A stretch of DNA of 63,455 nucleotides, filler included. It is 4 parts of 4 records of this genome, joined end to end, with 100 filler letters (N's around TTAATTAATTAA, not from the genome) between each part and the next. Parts side by side here need not be neighbours in the genome. Positions count along the whole stretch, not along the records: positions 57,921 to 63,455 come from SRR31156797_25141; 3 more parts are not named here. One strand, given 5' to 3'. Below, piece by piece: positions 58,128-63,455 of this stretch; within the stretch, counting starts at the first letter, position 1, and every line of letters begins with the position of its first letter. Position numbers and translations under genes: made by a program. The notes beneath the pieces were generated by a model that was not told the DNA's origin, did not search any database, and saw nothing but the letters and a program-made list of their open reading frames with translations.

Positions 58128-58946
58128 ATGAACATCAACCGAATTTTTATACCTGCACTATTTTTTATGTGGATCGTTTCCTTTTCTGCTTGTAATCCAA
58201 AACCAAGAGCAGCACAATCTTCAGAAAAGGCAGGTGAAAAATGGATACAATTGTTTAACGGAAAAAATATAAACGATTGGGAGGTGAAATTTAAAGGAGA
58301 AGAATTAGGGATTAACTATAAAAATACATTTCGTGTTGAAGACGGTTTGTTACGTGTGTCGTACGAAAACTGGAATGAATGGAACGGAAAGTTTGGACAC
58401 CTGTTTTACAAAGGTGTGTTTTCGCATTACCGGTTACGTGTTGAATATAGATTTATTGGGAAACAAGTAAAGAATGGTCCGGCATGGGCTTTTCGAAATA
58501 ATGGTTTAATGATTCATGGGCAGAGTGCCGAGTCGATGGAACTGGATCAGGATTTTCCAACTTCTGTTGAAGTTCAGCTTTTGGGTGGAATTACCGGCAA
58601 AGGAGAACGACCAACCATGAATCTTTGTACGCCGGGAACAAATGTAGTAATGCATGGCGAACTGGTTGAGCAACATTGTTCTAATTCCGATTCGGAAACA
58701 CAACTGGATGATAAATGGGTAAATGTAGAAGTTGAGGTTCGGGGTGGAAAAATTATAAAACATTTTGTGGATGGTATGGAAGTAATGAGTTATGAGCAGC
58801 CCCAACTTGATCCGAGCGACCAGTATTACGAAAAGCTACTTCCAGAAAATGGAAACAAAATACTGACAAAGGGAACCATTTCAATTCAGGCGGAAAGTCA
58901 CAATACAGATTTTAGAAAGATAGAATTGCTTGTTATAGAAGAATAG
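58128..58946 (+). CDS. DUF1080 / 3-keto-disaccharide hydrolase family lipoprotein
   Basis: Lipobox FSAC, LFNGK, NNG, EVQL, G.I.IQAE, FRKIE. Confidence 0.88.
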   Translation: MNINRIFIPALFFMWIVSFSACNPKPRAAQSSEKAGEKWIQLFNGKNINDWEVKFKGEELGINYKNTFRVEDGLLRVSYENWNEWNGKFGHLFYKGVFSHYRLRVEYRFIGKQVKNGPAWAFRNNGLMIHGQSAESMELDQDFPTSVEVQLLGGITGKGERPTMNLCTPGTNVVMHGELVEQHCSNSDSETQLDDKWVNVEVEVRGGKIIKHFVDGMEVMSYEQPQLDPSDQYYEKLLPENGNKILTKGTISIQAESHNTDFRKIELLVIEE

Positions 58947-58947
58947 G

Positions 58948-59136
58948 AGGTTGTATCAAAACAGATTTTATACGAATCTCAGCTTACAATTTGCAAGTAA
59001 CCACTTGGTCTTTTACTCCTAAATCCGCTAAAGGGGACTTTAAGCCTCCTTCTTTAGGGGAGGTTTGGAGCGGTAAATCGTAAGTCGTTTATAATTAAAA
59101 GTTACATATTTTATAGTTTGATTTTTAATACGGCCT
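58948..59136. mobile_element. MITE-like intergenic element
   Basis: Imperfect terminal inverted repeats AGGTTGTATCAAAA / TTTTAATACGGCCT enclosing a GC-rich palindromic core in AT-rich DNA. Confidence 0.5.
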
Positions 59137-59159
59137 TTATAACTCAATTTTGCATTGTG

Positions 59160-60092
59160 CTACAATCTGGTTTTTTGCTTTGTGTTTAAACGTTGTTCGC
59201 GGCGATTGGCATAATTCAGGCTTAACAGCGACAGGGCAATAACTACCATACCTGATAATGAAATAAAATCCGGCTTTTCATTGGCAAGCAGTATCCAACT
59301 AAGACCTGCACCCGATACCGGGATTAGAAATTTCCAAACATTTAAAATTGATACTTTAACACCTGGGCGTTTTAGTAAGGCATACCAGATGGTGATAGCG
59401 GCTGCCGAAAGGAAACTTAACCAACCCAATGCATACCAGTATTCCGGTGGAAATGGCCCAAGGTGGATCCCTTCAAGTGGAATTGATACAAGTGACAACA
59501 TTATTCCTCCAATTATAAGAGAAGAAGAACTAAGTACCACCGGAGAAATACCGGCAGATCTTTTGGCAATAATAACATTCGAATATCCCGAAAGCAGGTT
59601 AACCAGCAATAAAAATAACATGCCTAAAAGTTCCAGTTCTCCTTTTACTTCAACAGTGGTGCGGCCTAATGTGATAATTGCAATTCCAGCTACACCTATC
59701 AGAATGCTTCCCGTTTTTAGCGGCGTCATTTTATCGTTATGAAAAGAAAAGTGGGCAACCAGAGCGATAAATAATGGTTGCGATCCGATAAGCATAGCCG
59801 CAAGCGAACTGGGAAGAAGGTTTATGCCACTGTAGAAAAGGGCATATTGTCCAAATATCTGTACAAAAGAAAGTAATAATATGAATTTTATATTGGTCTT
59901 TAACGCTGCAAAATACCTTCTTGGTTTTCCAAAAAAAATAAAGATTATTAATCCGGAAATAATGAATCGGATACCGGCAAACTGAAATGGTGTGTGATAT
60001 TCAAGACCAATTTTTACTCCTACAAAAGCGGTTGACCACAACCAGCAGGCAATTATGGCTAGAAAGGTGGTGCTTTTTAAAATGTTATTCAT
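59160..60092 (-). CDS. DMT/EamA-family transporter
   Basis: LWSTAF, FAGIRF, about 10 TM helices in two repeats. Confidence 0.88.
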   Translation of the reverse strand: MNNILKSTTFLAIIACWLWSTAFVGVKIGLEYHTPFQFAGIRFIISGLIIFIFFGKPRRYFAALKTNIKFILLLSFVQIFGQYALFYSGINLLPSSLAAMLIGSQPLFIALVAHFSFHNDKMTPLKTGSILIGVAGIAIITLGRTTVEVKGELELLGMLFLLLVNLLSGYSNVIIAKRSAGISPVVLSSSSLIIGGIMLSLVSIPLEGIHLGPFPPEYWYALGWLSFLSAAAITIWYALLKRPGVKVSILNVWKFLIPVSGAGLSWILLANEKPDFISLSGMVVIALSLLSLNYANRREQRLNTKQKTRL

Positions 60093-60288
60093 AGCTTTTA
60101 ATGAGTTGCAAAGGTGGTGAAAATCTCGTGAATTATAGTTCGCTGTCCAAAAATAGAACAAGCAGTATTAATATTCGGTTCATGTTTATGAAACCTACTT
60201 AAAATCTAGGTGAACAAGGCCGGAAACTGTATCCTTGCTTAACAAAAAACATTAAATTGGCACGTCAAATTACAGAAACACATACCAC

Positions 60289-60753
60289 ATGGGAAAAAGA
60301 ATAATCAACAACTACGAAGAGTTTGAAGCCTTGTTGGGCAAACAAATTGGTGTATCAGATTATATTCAGATTACACAGGAACAAATAGACAAGTTTGCTG
60401 ATGCCACACTCGACTTTCAGTGGATACATACCGATCCGGAGCGCGCTGCAAAAGAGTCTCCGTTTAAAACTACTATTGCTCATGGTTATTTGTCACTTTC
60501 AATGTTAACCTACCTTTGGTACAATGTTGTTGATGTTCGGAATGTAAAAATGATTGTAAACTACGGAATTGAGAATCTTCGTTTTCAGCAACCCGTAAAA
60601 GTGAACGATAAAATTCGTGCTACGGTTTCGTTAAACGACATTAAAAACCTACGAGGAATTGCAAAAATTCAGGTAAAGATTGTTGTGGATATTGAGGGAG
60701 AAAGAAAACCAGCTTACGATTGTTTGGTTAACTTTTTATACCATTTTGAATAA
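60289..60753 (+). CDS. MaoC-family dehydratase
   Basis: FADATLDFQWIH.D, TIAHG, NYG...LRF..PV. Confidence 0.92.
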   Translation: MGKRIINNYEEFEALLGKQIGVSDYIQITQEQIDKFADATLDFQWIHTDPERAAKESPFKTTIAHGYLSLSMLTYLWYNVVDVRNVKMIVNYGIENLRFQQPVKVNDKIRATVSLNDIKNLRGIAKIQVKIVVDIEGERKPAYDCLVNFLYHFE

Positions 60754-60762
60754 CAATAAATC

Positions 60763-60808
60763 AAACATCAAGTGAGTAATGAGTTTTGTTATTACTCATT
60801 TGATGTTT
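60763..60808. terminator. bidirectional terminator hairpin between convergent genes
   Basis: AAACATCAAGTGAGTAAT...ATTACTCATTTGATGTTT. Confidence 0.75.
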
Positions 60809-61283
60809 ATGAATTTCTGATCTTATCCAAAAATCCTTCGCAGGAATCTTCCAATAAGTCGAGAACCAATTCAAATCCTTTTTCTCCCCCATAGTACGGA
60901 TCCGGCACTTCATCGTAACTCCATTCTTTGCCAAAGTCGGTCATTTTATGAAGTTTTTCTATATCGTTTCCATTTCGCGCCATCTTCCTGAGGTTCCGCA
61001 TATTTTCATCGTCCATACCTACAATAAAATCGAAATAATCGAAATCGGTATGTGGATTAAATTTTCGGGAAAGACTTGTTAGGTTAAAGCCACGTTTAAC
61101 CGCGTGCGACTGCATCCTTCGATCGGCAGGTTCTCCTTCATGCCAACCCGATGTGCCAGCAGAATCTACCTCGAATTGTTTTTGAATTCCTGCATTTTTA
61201 AGTATCCCGTTAAAAACCGCTTCAGCACTGGGCGAGCGACAAATATTTCCCAGGCACACAAAGAGTATTTTTGTTTTATCCAT
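60807..61283 (-). CDS. low-molecular-weight protein-tyrosine phosphatase
   Basis: VCLGNICRS, DSAGT, DPYYG. Confidence 0.95.
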   Translation of the reverse strand: MDKTKILFVCLGNICRSPSAEAVFNGILKNAGIQKQFEVDSAGTSGWHEGEPADRRMQSHAVKRGFNLTSLSRKFNPHTDFDYFDFIVGMDDENMRNLRKMARNGNDIEKLHKMTDFGKEWSYDEVPDPYYGGEKGFELVLDLLEDSCEGFLDKIRNS

Positions 61284-61286
61284 TTT

Positions 61287-62039
61287 CTATTCTTCTTCTG
61301 AATTCCAAATTTGGTATGCTTTTTCAGCCTGTCCTAAAAGCATATCGTAACCATTTTTAATGGTGGCACCTCTGGTTTTTCCTTTTTCAAGAAATTGGGT
61401 AACCTCCGGATTATAAACCAAGTCATAAAGTAAATGTTTACTTCCAATAAGATCGTATGGGATATCCGGGTAGGTGTCTGTTTTAGGAAAAGTTCCCAAA
61501 GGTGTGCAGTTTACAATGATGCTATACTGCTCCATTAAAACTTTATTTAAATCGGTGTAATTAATTTCGTTCTCTTTTGGAATCTGCCGGGTAACTGTAA
61601 GGTATTCGATTTTTTGTTGTCGAAAAACAAATTTGATTGCTTTGGCTGCCCCTCCGGTTCCCAAAATAAGTGCTTTTTTGTGGTGTGGTTTTAATAAAGG
61701 AGTAATAGATGATTCAAAACCATATGTGTCAGTATTAAAACCTTTCAAATAAATCTTTGTTCCACTTCTTTTCACCTTTATGGTATTTACTGCTCCAATT
61801 TCGCGGGCAGAGTCATTCAGCTCATCCAAAAAAGGTATAACCTGTTCTTTGTACGGAATCGTAACATTAAAGCCAATTACTTCAGTATTGCTGTTAACCA
61901 CCTCCGGAAACTTATTGATTGAGTCAATTTCAAAGTTTTCGTAGCTAGAATCAATTTGCTCTTTTTCAAACTTTTCAGTAAAATATCGTTTTGAAAAGGA
62001 GTGGGTAAGCGGATAACCCAAAAGTCCGTATTTTTTCAT
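61287..62039 (-). CDS. aroE: shikimate dehydrogenase
   Basis: G.PL.HS.S, NVTIPYK, GAVNT, NTD, GTGGA, DLVYNP. Confidence 0.93.
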   Translation of the reverse strand: MKKYGLLGYPLTHSFSKRYFTEKFEKEQIDSSYENFEIDSINKFPEVVNSNTEVIGFNVTIPYKEQVIPFLDELNDSAREIGAVNTIKVKRSGTKIYLKGFNTDTYGFESSITPLLKPHHKKALILGTGGAAKAIKFVFRQQKIEYLTVTRQIPKENEINYTDLNKVLMEQYSIIVNCTPLGTFPKTDTYPDIPYDLIGSKHLLYDLVYNPEVTQFLEKGKTRGATIKNGYDMLLGQAEKAYQIWNSEEE

Positions 62040-62079
62040 AAGCGTCTTTTTTAAGCATGAGTGTTTCTCCCCAATCGGT

Positions 62080-63015
62080 CTACTTTTTTAGTTTTTTCCC
62101 AATTCCTTCCACTACAAAAATCAGTACAAAACCAGCTAAAACACAAACGACAGCTCCCAATAGTAGTGCCTTATTACCTGTAATTTGTTCGTAGGTGCCC
62201 GGCAATACATTACGTTCGGCTATTGGTTTTAACTCTCCGTGACGATCGATAATGGTTTGTGTTACTTCTTTCCACGGCCATACTTTATTAAGCGAACCAA
62301 CCATAAATCCGGCCAAAACGGCAATGGTTGTGTTGTGGTATTTTTTTAATAACCACGATAATACATTTGAAAAGGCAACAATGCCAATGGCAGCACCTAT
62401 CATAAACGTTGCAATAACAGCAATATTCATGTCGCCAACTGCTTGCAGAATAAATTTATACATTCCCAATAACACCAGGATAAAACTCCCGGAAATGCCG
62501 GGTAAAATCATAGCGCAAATCGCAATAGATCCGGAAAGGAAGATAAACCAATAGCTTGTATTGGCTTCAGCTGGCGTAATTACTGTAATCATATAGGCAA
62601 CAACAATTCCGGCAATACCTCCAATTACTGTATCCAGTTTCCAGCGTTTTATAGAGCGCGCCACATAGATGGCAGATGCCACTATTAATCCGAAAAAGAA
62701 CGACCAAACCAAAATGGGGTAGTGGTTTAGTAAATACTCTAATCCTTTGGCCAGCGAAAAAACACTAATGCCTATTCCGATAAATACACTGATCAGGAAA
62801 TTTCCGTTAATGGCTTTCCAGAATTCAGCGAATTTTCCACTAAAAAACAGTTTTGCGGCATTTAGGTTAACCGATTTTATGGAGTTTATCAGTTCTTCAT
62901 AAATTCCGGTAATAAAAGCGATTGTTCCTCCCGAAACGCCCGGAACAACATCCGCTGCTCCCATGCCCATCCCTTTGAACGCTAGTGTAAGGTAGTCTTT
63001 AAAATTTCTATTCAT
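62080..63015 (-). CDS. DUF368-family membrane protein (putative undecaprenyl-phosphate translocase)
   Basis: MGAADVVPGVSGGTIA and AMILPGISGS repeats, WPW. Confidence 0.9.
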   Translation of the reverse strand: MNRNFKDYLTLAFKGMGMGAADVVPGVSGGTIAFITGIYEELINSIKSVNLNAAKLFFSGKFAEFWKAINGNFLISVFIGIGISVFSLAKGLEYLLNHYPILVWSFFFGLIVASAIYVARSIKRWKLDTVIGGIAGIVVAYMITVITPAEANTSYWFIFLSGSIAICAMILPGISGSFILVLLGMYKFILQAVGDMNIAVIATFMIGAAIGIVAFSNVLSWLLKKYHNTTIAVLAGFMVGSLNKVWPWKEVTQTIIDRHGELKPIAERNVLPGTYEQITGNKALLLGAVVCVLAGFVLIFVVEGIGKKLKK

Positions 63016-63149
63016 TTGTGTTGATTGATCATAAAAATTGGTGAGCCAAAATACAAAAACTAATTGTAAAGCATTGAATTGATTGAGCTCAAATGGGGTA
63101 AATTAAATCTTAAACAATCTGGATTTTTTGCGATGCGAATTTTAGTTCT

Positions 63150-63455
63150 CTATTTTTCACTTCTTCTGAAATTATCCACAACATTTTTTAGTTGTTTGCT
63201 TTTTAAGGATTTCGGATAAATATCGAAGAGGTAATTGATATTGGCAAAATCTTGTTTCATGGCTACTCTTAACCATTCGTATGCTTCTTTTCGTTTTTTA
63301 TTTTCGAGCAGAAAAGCTACTAAACGGTACTTAAGCATCGAGTCATCGTTGTTTTTAATTCCTTTTTTAATGATCCGAATGGCATTCTCATCTTCACCAA
63401 ACTTTTTAAGTGTTTCGGCCCAGGTCAGCCAAATCTCTGTATTTTCTGCATCAAT
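63150..63455 (-). CDS. TPR protein, 3' part (truncated by window end)
   Basis: The frame stays open to the window end with helical TPR-like sequence (EIWLTWA...AIRIIKKG...). Confidence 0.6.
   Translation of the reverse strand: MDAENTEIWLTWAETLKKFGEDENAIRIIKKGIKNNDDSMLKYRLVAFLLENKKRKEAYEWLRVAMKQDFANINYLFDIYPKSLKSKQLKNVVDNFRRSEK

Noticed and set aside
60257..60273. TTGGCACG upstream of the MaoC gene as a sigma-54 promoter
   Set aside because: The -12 element (TTGC) is absent at the required spacing.
1..63455. tRNA, rRNA, CRISPR arrays, intact transposases or integrases
   Set aside because: None recognised by eye. A covariance-model scan would be needed to exclude small RNAs.

Overview
This window is not one locus. 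Three N-runs, each carrying a TTAATTAATTAA all-frame-stop linker (31126-31225, 48781-48880, 57821-57920), join four unrelated contigs. Taxonomy below is inferred from gene content and composition. Contig A (1-31125, Desulfobacterota-like) carries a sigma-54 activator end and -24/-12 promoter driving a Liv-type ABC importer plus hydrolase, then nth, radA, a GT25, pncB followed by a catalytically degenerate KptA-like gene, topA/dprA/LysM, and two tandem paralogous multiheme cytochromes. It also has an operon of a lactic-acid-bacterial-type tyrosine decarboxylase homolog with a MetF-MetV fusion, and a chimeric pentapeptide/radical-SAM remnant. It ends in an integron-like patch: hicAB pseudogenes, an attC-like site, higBA and a group IIC intron fragment. 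Contig B (31226-48780, Desulfovibrionaceae-like) has Opp/Dpp ATPases, two TPR paralogs with PilZ and REC-GGDEF, bioDAB coupled to a hydantoinase-like gene and a hypothetical gene, amrB, a large TPR protein, a sigma-54 activator and a sugar porter. Contig C (48881-57820, Desulfobacterota-like) has a deletion-collapsed BREX locus (brxA 5' end abutting brxC 3' end) with higBA, UPF0158 and an internally deleted AlbA_2/ATP-binding gene, then cNMP-GGDEF, a DUF6909-like gene, a cyclophilin and UPF0182. Contig D (57921-63455, AT-rich, Bacteroidota-like) has housekeeping genes and a MITE-like element. I saw no rRNA, tRNA or CRISPR array. The best leads are the TyrDC-MTHFR operon, the pncB/dead-KptA pair, the cytochrome pair, the attC/TA/intron patch and the BREX scar. 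None is proven novel from sequence alone, and all family calls come from motif recognition without database searches.
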